A stretch of DNA of 35,129 nt from an uncultured bacterium (GTDB lineage: Bacteria; SAR324; NAC60-12). Made by a program: the position numbers and the translations under genes. Positions 17,623-27,937 of this stretch are shown one piece after another (the stretch's first letter is position 1; each line of letters opens with the position of its first letter). The notes under the pieces were generated by a model. The model saw only the letters and a list, made by a program, of their open reading frames with translations, was not told the DNA's origin and made no database searches. Where the stretch lies: NCBI GenBank assembly GCA_965662845.1, contig CBFIJD010000016.1, forward strand, positions 26,414 through 61,542. Direction: 5' to 3'.

Positions 17623-19203
17623 TTGCTCAGCTTAATTGACAAAAGCACGATTCTGATCGTGGAAGACAATCCCGACAATATTGACGTCATCACCAGCGCC
17701 TTAGCCTCCGAGAGCTATCAGTTAGAGATCGTCATGGCCCCACAAGAAGCGCTAGAGCGCGTCGCCCGCGTGACGCCGGATTTGCTCTTGCTGGATGTCA
17801 TGTTGCCGCAAATGGACGGCTTCATGTTGTTAGAGCGGCTTCGTCAATTCCCTGAATTGGCAGAGGTCCCGGCGATTTTCCAGAGCGCCCTCAACGACCA
17901 AGATTCTGCGGTGCGTGGGCTGGAGAGCGGCGCGATTGATTTTCTGTCGAAGCCTCTGCGCGAGCGCGAGCTGCGCACCAAAGTGCGCTTACATCTCGAA
18001 GCGTTTCATGCCAAACGCACGATTGTGCGTCAGCAGCAACAGCTGGAAGAGCAGATTAGCTGGTTCCAGCACAGCGTCGAAACGGCGGGCTTGACGACGT
18101 TTCGCCTAGATTTGCAGACCAAAGAAATCGAACTTGTCCCCGCAATGAAGCTGCCCTCTGCTGTGTTGAAGCGCGTCACATTGGGGGGATTTCTGCGTCA
18201 ATTACAGGGCATGCTCCCCGAAGACGAATACGCCCACGTGAGCCAAATGCTGCTGCGGTGCGCTCAGGAGAAGGTCAGTGACACGGCCCTCTTCCGACAA
18301 CGAGGCCAAGCGGTCCGTTGGCAGGAATTGCGCGTGGAATATCAACCTGAGCACAACGCGCTGATTGGTAGCCTGCTTGATGTCACCAACTATCAGCAGC
18401 TGCCCGAGAAGCTACGCAAGCAGCTCCATGAGAGCATCACACGCCAACAAAATGCCGAAGACGCCCTCGTGCGCAGCGCCAAGTTAGCCTCTTTAGGAGA
18501 GGTCGCGGCCAGCATCGCTCATGAACTCAAGTCTCCGCTCTCAGCGATGTATCTCAAAACACAGATCATGCAGCGCTATCTTCAAGAGCAATCCCCAACC
18601 GAGCAAGGGCCCCTGCCGCGCAAAGTCGAAGACCTGCTCAAGATCAACCAGAAAATCACCGCGCTCTTGCAGCAAGTGCAAAATTTTGCACATCAGAGCG
18701 AATCTAAGACGCCGGTCGAATGTCACTTGCCAACCGTCGCGCAAAACGTCGAACTGCTGGTGAATCCCGACCTGAAGCGACACGGGATTCAGCTCAAGCT
18801 GGAGTTCTCTCGCGAGCTTGCGCCTGTGCTCGGCCATGAGACACAGCTGGAGCAGGTGCTTGTCAATCTGATCAACAACGCGCGCGATGCGCTGCACGGC
18901 TGCACGCGTAAAGTGATCACGATCCGAGGCGAACCGAACGACGCTGAGGTTGTGATCCAGGTTCAAGACACGGGCAAAGGGATGCCTCCAGCAGTCCAAG
19001 CGCGGCTGTTTGAGAGCTTCTTCACCACAAAAGAAAGGGGGCAGGGCACGGGGTTAGGGATGGGCATTGTCCAGCGCATTGTACAGGAGCACAACGGCCA
19101 CATTTCTGTGGAGAGCGAGATGGGGCACGGCACAACAGTTACGCTCACTTTGCCCACAGCAGCCCCCCCACAAGGCGCCGGTTCAGCGGAGAGTCTGCCG
19201 TAA
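17623..19203 (+). CDS. Cytoplasmic hybrid kinase: receiver, PAS-like, HisKA, HATPase (NtrB-like kinase core)
   Basis: REC motifs ILIVEDN, DLLLLDVMLPQMDG and DFLSKP; H-box AHELKSPL; NLINNARDA, DTGKGM, FFTTK and GTGLGM. TTG start with AGGAG RBS. Confidence 0.9.
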   Translation: MLSLIDKSTILIVEDNPDNIDVITSALASESYQLEIVMAPQEALERVARVTPDLLLLDVMLPQMDGFMLLERLRQFPELAEVPAIFQSALNDQDSAVRGLESGAIDFLSKPLRERELRTKVRLHLEAFHAKRTIVRQQQQLEEQISWFQHSVETAGLTTFRLDLQTKEIELVPAMKLPSAVLKRVTLGGFLRQLQGMLPEDEYAHVSQMLLRCAQEKVSDTALFRQRGQAVRWQELRVEYQPEHNALIGSLLDVTNYQQLPEKLRKQLHESITRQQNAEDALVRSAKLASLGEVAASIAHELKSPLSAMYLKTQIMQRYLQEQSPTEQGPLPRKVEDLLKINQKITALLQQVQNFAHQSESKTPVECHLPTVAQNVELLVNPDLKRHGIQLKLEFSRELAPVLGHETQLEQVLVNLINNARDALHGCTRKVITIRGEPNDAEVVIQVQDTGKGMPPAVQARLFESFFTTKERGQGTGLGMGIVQRIVQEHNGHISVESEMGHGTTVTLTLPTAAPPQGAGSAESLP

Positions 19204-19356
19204 CAAAAAAATCAACAGCGCCCACATCCCGAACAGATAGAGAAAGAGCGCAGGAGGGTTCGAGGCAGGAAAGGCGCGCTCTACCATACCTAGGATGGGT
19301 TGGTTGAACACGAAGAGCCCCAAGAGCATCAGAGCCCAGAGTCGTTGTGCTTTCAT
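19183..19356 (-). CDS. Small two-TM membrane protein (57 aa)
   Basis: MKAQRLWALMLLGLFVFNQPILGMVERAFPASNPPALFLYLFGMWALLIFLLRQTLR. Its start overlaps the upstream stop (TGATG). It resembles small proteins of acetate-transport/sensor loci. Confidence 0.7.
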   Translation of the reverse strand: MKAQRLWALMLLGLFVFNQPILGMVERAFPASNPPALFLYLFGMWALLIFLLRQTLR

Positions 19357-20828
19357 CAGCGATCCATAGGAGCAAACTGCGAGCGGAGCCGCGACTGACA
19401 CTGTTTGGCCACATTCAGCGTCTCCACAATCATTTTCTGATCCAAAGGCGAGCACTCTTCGGGGTTCAAGTAATTTTCAGGAGGCTTGCCCGCTTTGATC
19501 AGCCTCACTTGGTGCGTGAAGCGCAGGCGTAGCAAGAAGCGATAAGACTCATACATCTCTTGAAACTCCTCCTCTTTCAAGATCCCTTCCTCGCGTAAGC
19601 GTTCCAAGCGATCCAGCGTAGAGCTAGCAACAATCCGGCTGTCTAAACACTTCAAGCGCGCAAAATCCACAAACGGAGTCATGGCTTTCTTCAAATCAAA
19701 GGTGTGCGCGTGTTCGCCTTTGCGCTCTAGCGAGAGGCGCCCCAGCCAGTTCAGAGGCACGGCCATGTTCTGAGCATTGCGCGTCATGTGAAGATAAAAG
19801 AGCTTGGCGCGGCGGTCATTGAGCTGTTGGAACAAGTGCTCGCGCAGCTCATTTGTCAATGAGAAGTCCCCAAATTCAGGGCGAAAATCGAAGAAAATCG
19901 ACGCCTCCAACATCGCTTGCGGCTCCGGCCTCAAAATCCAGTGGGTGAAATACTCTTTCCAGCGTGAGACCGGCTGGCACCACTTGGGATTCATCGCCAT
20001 GATATTGCCATGACACAGGGTGTAGCCAATGCGGTCTAAACGTGTGCAAACCCACTCGCCCAAGCGCAAAAAGTACTGCTGCGTCGCCTCGAACTCTTCA
20101 GGGGGCACATCTTCAAAGATAATGGCGTTGTCTTGGTCCGTCTTCAACGTCTGCTCTTGGCGGCCTTCACTCCCCATCGCCATGAACACGAAGCGGCACG
20201 GCGGAGCGCCCAAGTCTGCTTCTTCCACCGCCCGTTGGAGCAATTGTTCCAACACTGCGTCTGCGAACAAGCTCACTAGTCCGGCAACTCGACGTACCGA
20301 GGTGCGGCCTTCTAGCAAGGTGGTCACGACACTAGGGATTTGCTCATGCAGCTCCTTGAGGCGATTCACGCTCGTCGTCTTCTCAATCTCCTGCAACATG
20401 TAAAAAGGAGAGAACCCTTTGGCGATCAGCCGATGGTAGCGAATCAGCCCGATGACTCTGCCCTCGTCATTGATGACTGCGAGGTGCATGTAGCCCTTCC
20501 GGTTCATAAAGAACAGCGCCTCAAAGATCGTCTCGTCGTAACGAATCGTCGCTAGCGGACTCGACATCACCTCTTCGACGGGCACATTTGGGTCTACATT
20601 TGCCGCGAGGATGCGGTTGCGGATGTCTTTGTCTGTGAAGATGCCTTGAAAGTCGCCATTGACGTCCTCAACGAGGATTGCGCTTTGTTGGTGCTCTCGC
20701 ATCAGGCGAGCGGCGGCGGAAGCCGAGGTGTCAGGGGGACAGCTGATGAAGTGGCGGTAGTGAACTTCGGAGAGAGGCTGCTGGAAAAAATTGGCAGAGA
20801 CGGTTTGAACTGCGGGGGCGTGAGACAT
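19356..20828 (-). CDS. CBS-pair plus DUF294 putative nucleotidyltransferase signal-transduction protein
   Basis: CBS pair (GIFTDKDIR, VEEVMSSP); DUF294 motifs MGSEGRQEQTLKTDQDNAII, CHGNIMAMNPKW and IFFDFR; DUF294_C motif FDLKK...STLDRL. Confidence 0.9.
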   Translation of the reverse strand: MSHAPAVQTVSANFFQQPLSEVHYRHFISCPPDTSASAAARLMREHQQSAILVEDVNGDFQGIFTDKDIRNRILAANVDPNVPVEEVMSSPLATIRYDETIFEALFFMNRKGYMHLAVINDEGRVIGLIRYHRLIAKGFSPFYMLQEIEKTTSVNRLKELHEQIPSVVTTLLEGRTSVRRVAGLVSLFADAVLEQLLQRAVEEADLGAPPCRFVFMAMGSEGRQEQTLKTDQDNAIIFEDVPPEEFEATQQYFLRLGEWVCTRLDRIGYTLCHGNIMAMNPKWCQPVSRWKEYFTHWILRPEPQAMLEASIFFDFRPEFGDFSLTNELREHLFQQLNDRRAKLFYLHMTRNAQNMAVPLNWLGRLSLERKGEHAHTFDLKKAMTPFVDFARLKCLDSRIVASSTLDRLERLREEGILKEEEFQEMYESYRFLLRLRFTHQVRLIKAGKPPENYLNPEECSPLDQKMIVETLNVAKQCQSRLRSQFAPMDR

Positions 20829-20840
20829 GAAATACTCCTC

Positions 20841-20877
20841 ATGGAAGAAAGGCCGTCAGGACAACGGCCTCTCCCAT
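20841..20877 (-). other. Hairpin after the symporter gene (partial terminator or stabiliser)
   Basis: Core aggccgt-caggaca-acggcct, extendable; a weak U-rich TTCTTC follows on the minus strand. Confidence 0.5.
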
Positions 20878-20896
20878 CGAATACTTCCGTCAGTTC

Positions 20897-22687
20897 TTAG
20901 TGCGCGACAGCTTCGCCTGCGCCGGACGGGATCCGAATGTCGTCAATCATTTGCTGGACGTCGTCGGGGACCTCTCCTTGGGCGCGAGAGACTCCGATGG
21001 AGACCACAAAATTGAGCAACATCCCTAGCGTTCCGATGCCTTCCGGCGAGATGCCAAACAGCCAGTTGTCTGGGGTGCTGGCTGCAGGGTTAATGAACTT
21101 GAAGTAGATGATGTAAGCCGCCGTAAATACGATGCCGCTCACCATACCAGCCATCGCCCCTTCGCGGGTAGTAGATTTTGTGAAAATGCCGAGCAAAATT
21201 GCGGGGAAGAAGGAAGCGGCCGCTAACCCAAAGGCAAAAGCGACGACCTGAGCCACAAAACCAGGCGGATTGATCCCGAAATAGCCCGCAATCGCAACGG
21301 CGACTCCTGCGGCAACCCGCGCCCACATCAGCTCTTCTTTCTCGGTCATGTCCGGCTTGACCACGCTCTTCATCAAGTCGTGTGATACTGAAGTTGAAAT
21401 GACCAGTAAGAGACCCGCGGCGGTCGACAGCGCTGCCGCGAGGCCACCGGCTCCCATCAGCGCAATCACCCAGTTGGGCAAATTCGCAATTTCCGGGTTC
21501 GCCAAGACGATGATGTCTCGGTCAATGTAGAACTCGTTCTTCGCGGCGGTCGGTTCGTTGTTCAGCATCACTTGCCCAAAATCACCCACATCTTCCGTCA
21601 GGCTGGGCTTGCCCTTGAACGGAGCGCCATCGCCCACATACTGGATTTTGCCATCGCCATTTTTGTCCATCCAAGCGATGAGGCCGGTCTTCTCCCAGTT
21701 ACGCACCCACTGGGGCGCCTCCTGATAGGCCACATATTCCTTGGTTTCCGTGTTGTACACAGACTCAATGGCGTTGACGCGAGCAAACGCAGCGATTGCC
21801 GGAGCCGTCGTGTAAAGCAAGGTAATGAACAACAACGCCCAGCCGCCAGAGGTCCGCGCGTCCGAGACTTTGGGCACAGTGAAGAAGCGGATGATCACGT
21901 GGGGAAGCCCCGCCGTGCCGACCATCAAGGCCATCGTGATGAAGAAGATGTCAATCATGCTCTTTTGGCCTTCCGTATAGGCGGCAAACCCAAGCTCGGC
22001 ATGGAGCCCATCTAACTTGTCAAGAAGAGAAATCTCCGTCCCCTTCACATTTCCAAAGAAACCAATCTGCGGCAGAAAACTGTCCGTCATCATCGCGGAC
22101 AAGAAGAAGGCTGGGACGAGATAGGCCACGATCATCACGCAATATTGCGCCACTTGGGTATAGGTGATCCCCTTCATGCCACCCAGTGTCGCGTAAAAGA
22201 AGACGATCGCCATCCCAATCAAAACACCGGTGTTTACGTCGACCTCCAAAAAGCGCGAGAAGACCACGCCCACACCACGCATCTGCCCTGCAACATAGGT
22301 GAAAGAGACGAAGATCGCACAAATCAACGCGATCAAGCGGGCGTTGCTGGAGTAATAACGTGTCCCAATAAAATCTGGCACGGTGAACTGCCCAAACTTA
22401 CGCAGGTATGGCGCCAAGAGGAGCGTCAAGAGCACATACCCTCCCGTCCAGCCCATCAAATACATCGAGCCGTCATACCCCAAAAACGAGATCAAACCGG
22501 CCATTGAGATGTAAGAGGCCGCAGACATCCAATCCGCCGCAGTCGCCATGCCGTTCGCCACCGGTGGGACCCCACCACCAGCTACATAAAAATCTCCGGT
22601 CGAACCCGCTCGTGACCACACGGCAATGCCAATGTAGAGGCTGAACGTCAGCCCGACCATAATCCAAGTCCAAGTCAAAATATCCAT
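20897..22687 (-). CDS. actP: Sodium:solute symporter, ActP-like cation/acetate symporter (VC_2705-type subfamily)
   Basis: Motifs NGMATAADWMSAAS, GWTGGY, GGMKGITYTQVAQY, GTAGLPHVIIRFFT, DKNGDGKIQY and AAALSTAAGLL; preceded by a DUF4212 gene. Confidence 0.85.
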   Translation of the reverse strand: MDILTWTWIMVGLTFSLYIGIAVWSRAGSTGDFYVAGGGVPPVANGMATAADWMSAASYISMAGLISFLGYDGSMYLMGWTGGYVLLTLLLAPYLRKFGQFTVPDFIGTRYYSSNARLIALICAIFVSFTYVAGQMRGVGVVFSRFLEVDVNTGVLIGMAIVFFYATLGGMKGITYTQVAQYCVMIVAYLVPAFFLSAMMTDSFLPQIGFFGNVKGTEISLLDKLDGLHAELGFAAYTEGQKSMIDIFFITMALMVGTAGLPHVIIRFFTVPKVSDARTSGGWALLFITLLYTTAPAIAAFARVNAIESVYNTETKEYVAYQEAPQWVRNWEKTGLIAWMDKNGDGKIQYVGDGAPFKGKPSLTEDVGDFGQVMLNNEPTAAKNEFYIDRDIIVLANPEIANLPNWVIALMGAGGLAAALSTAAGLLLVISTSVSHDLMKSVVKPDMTEKEELMWARVAAGVAVAIAGYFGINPPGFVAQVVAFAFGLAAASFFPAILLGIFTKSTTREGAMAGMVSGIVFTAAYIIYFKFINPAASTPDNWLFGISPEGIGTLGMLLNFVVSIGVSRAQGEVPDDVQQMIDDIRIPSGAGEAVAH

Positions 22688-22724
22688 CTGAGTTCCTCTG
22701 CTAAAATGATGTCAAAGCGCGTCG

Positions 22725-22964
22725 CTATTCGTTGAGACCGTATTCTTGATCAAGTTTGTTCATCACAAACACATAGGCCCAAATTAAGGCCAAAAAGATC
22801 AGGATCGCGCCCTGCTGCGCAAACCAGAAACCAAGCCCACCAAGAATTGGGAAAAAGATAATCCCTGCGCCAAACGAGCAGAAAAACCAAATGGTGATAA
22901 AAATTTTCATGTAACCGACGTTGCGGTTCCAATATTCCATCATCTTTGGGTCAGTTGCTTTCAT
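22725..22964 (-). CDS. DUF4212 small subunit of the solute symporter
   Basis: YWNRN...IWF...LGFWFAQQGAILIF...MNKLD; sits immediately upstream of the SSS gene. Confidence 0.9.
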   Translation of the reverse strand: MKATDPKMMEYWNRNVGYMKIFITIWFFCSFGAGIIFFPILGGLGFWFAQQGAILIFLALIWAYVFVMNKLDQEYGLNE

Positions 22965-23116
22965 CGATACCCCCTAAGTTGTTTTGATTCCTCCCGATAC
23001 AAAACCCTGCTGGGTGTCGCACCTTCGCCCCATCACAAAATACGCGATGCGGGCCCCCTTCAGCACCAAGGCTCCCATTGAAATTCAATGAGAATCTTGT
23101 CTCTGAAAAAGGGCGC

Positions 23117-23145
23117 ATCATAGGGATACAAGTTTTGTTTGACAA
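23117..23145 (-). promoter_or_regulatory. Sigma70-type promoter for the symporter operon
   Basis: TTGTCA (23145-23140), 17-nt spacer, TATGAT (23122-23117); the upstream region is AT-rich. Confidence 0.6.
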
Positions 23146-23420
23146 GATTTTTCTGTTAAAAATATGTGACTTTCAAACCAAAAATCACAAGCAAACCCAT
23201 CATTAACGCCTAGTCCGTTTGAGTTTGAGCTAATTTTTTCAACAAATTGCGGATTTAATATTTATTTCAACTTTATTTACTTATTTAGCAAATGAGACGA
23301 GGCTTTAAATTTCTCTCAAAAAAAGAAAAGGTGAGTACAGAGAAGAGACGGAGCGAGCAGCGCCCATCGCCAGCAAGAGAAGGAGGCAGAACAGTGACTT
23401 CAGGGGCGCACGGAGAGCGC

Positions 23421-23456
23421 GCAGCCCTACCCTCGTGACAACGAGAGCAGGGGTGC
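23421..23456 (-). terminator. Hairpin downstream of sucD
   Basis: Minus strand GCACCCCTGCTCTCGT-TGTC-ACGAGGGTAGGGCTGC, about 15 bp with G-U pairs and no clear U-tract. Confidence 0.45.
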
Positions 23457-23480
23457 AAGAGGCAGGGAAGCGGGGAAGGG

Positions 23481-24353
23481 TTACTTGCCGAGGACTTCGA
23501 TCATCTTCGCGCCGATGTCCGCAGGGGTCGGCACGACGTGAATGCCAGCGTCTTGCAGCGCCTTCATCTTCTCGGCAGCGGTGCCTTTGCCTCCAGAGAT
23601 GATCGCACCCGCGTGCCCCATGCGTCGCCCCGGAGGCGCGGTCTGTCCAGCGATGAAGCTGACAATCGGCTTGGTGACGTTGGCCTTCGCAAACTCAGCG
23701 GCTTGCTCTTCGGCGTCACCCCCGATCTCGCCAATCATCACGATCGCTTCGGTGCCCGCGTCTTCTTGGAACATCTGCAAGCAGTCGATGAAGTTGGTGC
23801 CGTTCACAGGGTCGCCCCCGATGCCGATACAGCTGCTTTGTCCAAGCCCAGCGCGGGTCAGCTGCCCAACGGCCTCATAGGTCAAAGTCCCCGAACGAGA
23901 CACGACGCCGATGCTGCCGGGGTTATGGATCATGCCAGGCATGATGCCGATTTTACACTGTCCGGGTGTGATCACGCCGGGGCAGTTGGGGCCGATCAGC
24001 CGCACGCCCTGACGACGCACAAAGCTGACAGCGCGGACCATATCCACCACGGGGATGCCTTCGGTAATCGCGACAATCAAGGGGATCTCTGCGGCCGCGG
24101 CTTCAATGATCGCGTCGGCTGCGAAAGGAGGCGGCACGAAGATCATAGACGCGTTCGCGCCCGTCGCGTCCACCGCTTGCTGCACGGTGTTGTAAATGGG
24201 GATGCCTTCGAAGTCTTGCCCCCCTTTGCCGGGGGTGACCCCGCCGACGATGTTGGTGCCGTAATCACGACAGCCTCGGGTGTGAAGCTGACCTTGTGAG
24301 CCGGTGATGCCCTGCACGATGAGTTTGGTATCGTTTCCTACGAGAACTGACAT
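23481..24353 (-). CDS. sucD: Succinyl-CoA synthetase alpha subunit
   Basis: [38 protein letters not shown] and RMGHAGA (phospho-His). Confidence 0.98.
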   Translation of the reverse strand: MSVLVGNDTKLIVQGITGSQGQLHTRGCRDYGTNIVGGVTPGKGGQDFEGIPIYNTVQQAVDATGANASMIFVPPPFAADAIIEAAAAEIPLIVAITEGIPVVDMVRAVSFVRRQGVRLIGPNCPGVITPGQCKIGIMPGMIHNPGSIGVVSRSGTLTYEAVGQLTRAGLGQSSCIGIGGDPVNGTNFIDCLQMFQEDAGTEAIVMIGEIGGDAEEQAAEFAKANVTKPIVSFIAGQTAPPGRRMGHAGAIISGGKGTAAEKMKALQDAGIHVVPTPADIGAKMIEVLGK

Positions 24354-24383
24354 GGGTTCCTCTTTGTTCGTTGCGTTGGGTGA

Positions 24384-25559
24384 TTATTTCGCAGCGGCGA
24401 CGGCTTTCTCCGCCGCATCGCGCAGACCATCTGCCATCTGGAGTTTGTCGCCCAGACCGGACTCAGCGACCAGCTTGTGCGCTTCCTCGGCGTTGGTTCC
24501 TTCCAAACGCACGACGACGGGAATTTGCAAATTGACGTTTTTGAACGCGGCGATGACGCCTGCGGCCACCATATCACAACGGACGATGCCGCCGAAAATG
24601 TTAATCAAGATGCACTTGACGTTGGAGTCGCTGGAAATCAGGCGAAACGCCAGCTCCACGCGCTCTTGCGTAGCGCCACCCCCCACGTCGAGGAAGTTGG
24701 CAGGGTCGCCGCCACAGTTCTTGATGATGTCCATCGTGCCCATCGCCAGCCCCGCGCCGTTGACCATACAGCCGATGTTGCCGTCGAGCTTGATATAGTT
24801 CAGCTCGTGCTCTGAAGCTTCGATCTCCGAGGCATCTTCTTCGTCGAGGTCGCGCAGCTCCAAGGTGGCTTTGTGGCGGAACAAGGCGTTGTCGTCGAAG
24901 GTCACTTTGGAGTCGAGCGCGATCACGCGTCCGTCGCCGGTCAGAACCAAGGGGTTGATCTCAACGAGCGAGCAGTCTTCGTTCACGAAGGCTTCGTAGA
25001 GACCTTGCAGCAACGCTGCGGTCGGGCGAATCAGCTTTGGGTTGATCTTGTCCACTTCTAGCCCAAAAGCCATTTCGATCGCTTGATATGGGCACATGCC
25101 CAGCGTCGGATCAATCTCGGCCTTCAAGATTTTTTCAGGCGTTTTCGCGGCGACCTCTTCGATGTCCATCCCGCCTTCTGTAGAAGCGAGCATGACCACT
25201 CTTTGGCAGCCACGATCGACCAACAAAGAGACGTAGAGTTCCTTCTGGATGTCCATGCCTTCTTCGACGAGCACCTGCTTGACCTTCTGCCCTTCAGGGC
25301 CGGTCTGGTGTGTGACGAGCTGCATGCCGATGATGTTGGTGGCGTTTTCTTTGACGGCGTCGAGTCCTTTGGAGACCTTCACACCGCCCCCTTTGCCGCG
25401 TCCGCCGGCGTGAATCTGCGCCTTCACAACACAGACTTCGGTGCCAAGCTCTTTGGCAATGGCGACGGCTTCTTCGGGGGTGGTGGCGACTTTTCCGCGT
25501 GGGATCGTCACGCCATAGTTGGCGAGAATTTGTTTTGCTTGAAACTCATGGATCTTCAT
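24384..25559 (-). CDS. sucC: Succinyl-CoA synthetase beta subunit
   Basis: [50 protein letters not shown] and VRLEGTN. Confidence 0.98.
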   Translation of the reverse strand: MKIHEFQAKQILANYGVTIPRGKVATTPEEAVAIAKELGTEVCVVKAQIHAGGRGKGGGVKVSKGLDAVKENATNIIGMQLVTHQTGPEGQKVKQVLVEEGMDIQKELYVSLLVDRGCQRVVMLASTEGGMDIEEVAAKTPEKILKAEIDPTLGMCPYQAIEMAFGLEVDKINPKLIRPTAALLQGLYEAFVNEDCSLVEINPLVLTGDGRVIALDSKVTFDDNALFRHKATLELRDLDEEDASEIEASEHELNYIKLDGNIGCMVNGAGLAMGTMDIIKNCGGDPANFLDVGGGATQERVELAFRLISSDSNVKCILINIFGGIVRCDMVAAGVIAAFKNVNLQIPVVVRLEGTNAEEAHKLVAESGLGDKLQMADGLRDAAEKAVAAAK

Positions 25560-25620
25560 ACGTCCTCAGATTCGGAGCGATCAGGGTGGAATCCCGTGAT
25601 GGGATGGGGGAGAAACGGAG

Positions 25621-25644
25621 CGAGCGAAGCCGAAGCTTCGCTCG
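25621..25644 (-). other. C(UUCG)G tetraloop hairpin between mdh and sucC
   Basis: Minus strand CGAGCGAAGC-TTCG-GCTTCGCTCG, a perfect 10-bp stem. Confidence 0.75.
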
Positions 25645-25651
25645 GAGAAAC

Positions 25652-26632
25652 TCAGCCGAGCATGCTGCTGACGGCGTCGCGTTCTTCTTCCAGCTCTTGG
25701 CGGGTGGCGTTGATCTTCTCTTGCGCGAAGTCGTTGATCTCAACGCCTTGGACGATCTCGTAGCCTTCACCGTTGCTGCGCAGTGGATAGCTAAAGATCA
25801 GCCCCTCGGCGATGCCATAGCTGCCGTCGCTGGGGACACCTGCGCTGAACCAATCCCCTGCGGCGGTGGGCTTCTCAAGGCGCATGATGGTGTCGAGCGC
25901 AGCGTTGGCGGCTGAGGCCGCGGAAGAAGCGCCGCGCGCTTTGATGATCGCGGCGCCGCGTTGCTGAACAGTGCTGATGAACTCGCCCTTGAGCCACTCA
26001 TGATCGTCAATCACTTCAATCACGGGCTTGCCGTTGAGGCGAGCGTTGAAGAAATCGGGATATTGCGTCGCGCTGTGATTGCCCCAAATGGCGAGGTTGC
26101 TCACGTTGCGAGAGAGCACCCCGGCTTTCTCGGCGAGTTGGCTCTTGGCGCGGTTTTCGTCGAGGGCGGTCATCGCGAACCAGCGGTCGGCACCGAAGCG
26201 GGGAGCGTTCTTCATCGCGATCAAGCAGTTGGTGTTGCAAGGGTTCCCAACGACAATGACGCGGGCGTTGTCGCTAGCGTTGTCGTTGATCGCCTTGCCT
26301 TGCCCCACGAAGATCTTGCCGTTGATTTCTAGCAAGTCCTTGCGTTCCATGCCGGCTTTGCGCGGTGCAGCGCCAACAAGCAGGATGTAGTCTGCGTCTC
26401 TGAACGCGACGTTTGCGTCAGAGGAGCAGGTGATCTTCTCCAGCAGCGGGAACGCGCAGTCGTCCAATTCCATCTTCACGCCTTCCAGCGCAGGGAGCGC
26501 TTGCTCCAGCTCTAGGAGTTGCAGTTCGACGGCGGTGTCTGGACCAAAAATGGCGCCAGAGCCGAGTCGATAGAGGAGGGCGTAACCGATCTGCCCAGCG
26601 GCGCCAGTGACGGCAACTCGTACTCGTTTCAT
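25652..26632 (-). CDS. mdh: Malate dehydrogenase (type 2, cytosolic-eukaryote-like family)
   Basis: [44 protein letters not shown] and [10 protein letters not shown]. Confidence 0.97.
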   Translation of the reverse strand: MKRVRVAVTGAAGQIGYALLYRLGSGAIFGPDTAVELQLLELEQALPALEGVKMELDDCAFPLLEKITCSSDANVAFRDADYILLVGAAPRKAGMERKDLLEINGKIFVGQGKAINDNASDNARVIVVGNPCNTNCLIAMKNAPRFGADRWFAMTALDENRAKSQLAEKAGVLSRNVSNLAIWGNHSATQYPDFFNARLNGKPVIEVIDDHEWLKGEFISTVQQRGAAIIKARGASSAASAANAALDTIMRLEKPTAAGDWFSAGVPSDGSYGIAEGLIFSYPLRSNGEGYEIVQGVEINDFAQEKINATRQELEEERDAVSSMLG

Positions 26633-26707
26633 AGTCGTTTCTCTGTTTGGTTGGTGTGCGAAAAGGGAGGGAGGGCTGGTCAGAACCCTCCGAGGAAGGG
26701 GGTGGTC

Positions 26708-27937
26708 TCAGGCCATGGCCTGCTGAAGTCCTTTGTCGAGCGCGTCAAGGAATTCATCGGTGTAGACGTATTTGTCTTTGGATGGGTTCGTGTCGCCAGT
26801 GATCGCGACCGCGAGGTCTTTGGTCATCACCCCCGTTTCAATCGTATCTACACAGACTTTTTCCAGTTTTTCAGCGAACTGAATCAGCTCGTCGTTGCCA
26901 TCCAGCTTGCCGCGATGCTTCAGCCCGGTGGTCCACGCGAAGATGCTGGCGACGGGGTTCGTGCTGGTTGGTTTGCCTTGCTGGTGCTGCCGATAGTGGC
27001 GCGTGACGGTGCCGTGGGCTGCTTCGGCTTCAATGGTTTTGCCATCGGGGCACACGAGGACAGACGTCATCAAGCCGAGAGAGCCGAAGCCTTGCGCCAC
27101 GGTGTCTGACTGCACGTCGCCGTCGTAATTCTTCAAAGCCCACACGATGCCACCGTCCCACTTGAGCACTTGCGCGACCATGTCGTCGATCAAGCGATGC
27201 TCATAGGTCAGACCTTGCTCTTTGAATTGGTCTGCGAACTCTTTGTCGAAAATCTCTTGGAAGGTGTCACGGAACATCCCGTCGTATTGCTTCAGGATGG
27301 TGTTCTTGGTGGAGAGGTAGAGCGGGTACTGCTGCTGAAGCGCGTAGCTCATGCACGAGCGAGCGAAGTCTTGAATGGAGGCGAGCGTGTTGTACATGCC
27401 CATCGCGATGCCTGGGCCTTGGTAGTCATACACTTCGTGAGAGATCGCTTCGCCGCCATCGGCGGGGGTGAAGGTGATGGTGAGCTTACCTGCGCTCGGA
27501 ACTTTGAAGTCGGTCGCTTTGTATTGGTCGGCGTGCGCGTGGCGTCCGACTACGATCGGCTTCTTCCACGCGTTGACTAAGCGGGGGACATTCTGGCAGA
27601 TGATCGGGGCACGGAAGACGGTTCCGCCGAGGTAGTTCCGCAGGGTTCCGTTGGGGGAGCGCCACATTTTCTTCAAGTTGAACTCCGTGACGCGGTCTTC
27701 GTCAGGCGTGATCGTGGCGCACTTGATCCCGACGCTGTGTTCTTGGATTGCCTTGGCGGCATCTAACGTGATCTGGTCGTCGGTCTCGTCACGTTTCTGT
27801 ATCGAAAGATCATAATATTTGAGGTCAATTTCCAGATAAGGATGGATCAGCTTGTCTTTGATCTTTTGCCAAATGATGCGCGTCATCTCGTCGCCATCCA
27901 ACTCCACCACTGGGTTCTTCACTTGAATTTTGGCCAC
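26708..27937 (-). CDS. icd: NADP-dependent isocitrate dehydrogenase (type II, eukaryote-like)
   Basis: [45 protein letters not shown] and [13 protein letters not shown] start with GAGGAG RBS. Confidence 0.97.
   Translation of the reverse strand: MAKIQVKNPVVELDGDEMTRIIWQKIKDKLIHPYLEIDLKYYDLSIQKRDETDDQITLDAAKAIQEHSVGIKCATITPDEDRVTEFNLKKMWRSPNGTLRNYLGGTVFRAPIICQNVPRLVNAWKKPIVVGRHAHADQYKATDFKVPSAGKLTITFTPADGGEAISHEVYDYQGPGIAMGMYNTLASIQDFARSCMSYALQQQYPLYLSTKNTILKQYDGMFRDTFQEIFDKEFADQFKEQGLTYEHRLIDDMVAQVLKWDGGIVWALKNYDGDVQSDTVAQGFGSLGLMTSVLVCPDGKTIEAEAAHGTVTRHYRQHQQGKPTSTNPVASIFAWTTGLKHRGKLDGNDELIQFAEKLEKVCVDTIETGVMTKDLAVAITGDTNPSKDKYVYTDEFLDALDKGLQQAMA

Noticed and set aside
13214..19203. Kinase pair as part of a mobile element or genomic island
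   Set aside because: No integrase, transposase, tRNA or flanking direct repeats were seen. Only the abrupt convergent overlap at 19183-19203 hints at a rearrangement.
23165..23189. TGTGA...TCACA inverted repeat upstream of the symporter promoter as a CRP site
   Set aside because: The spacer is 15 nt, not the 6 nt CRP requires. It could bind another regulator, but nothing here supports that.
23538..27580. Long plus-strand ORFs antisense to sucD, sucC, mdh and icd (and similar ones opposite pstS/pstC)
   Set aside because: These are shadow ORFs typical of the antisense strand of codon-biased, GC-rich genes and show no protein motifs.
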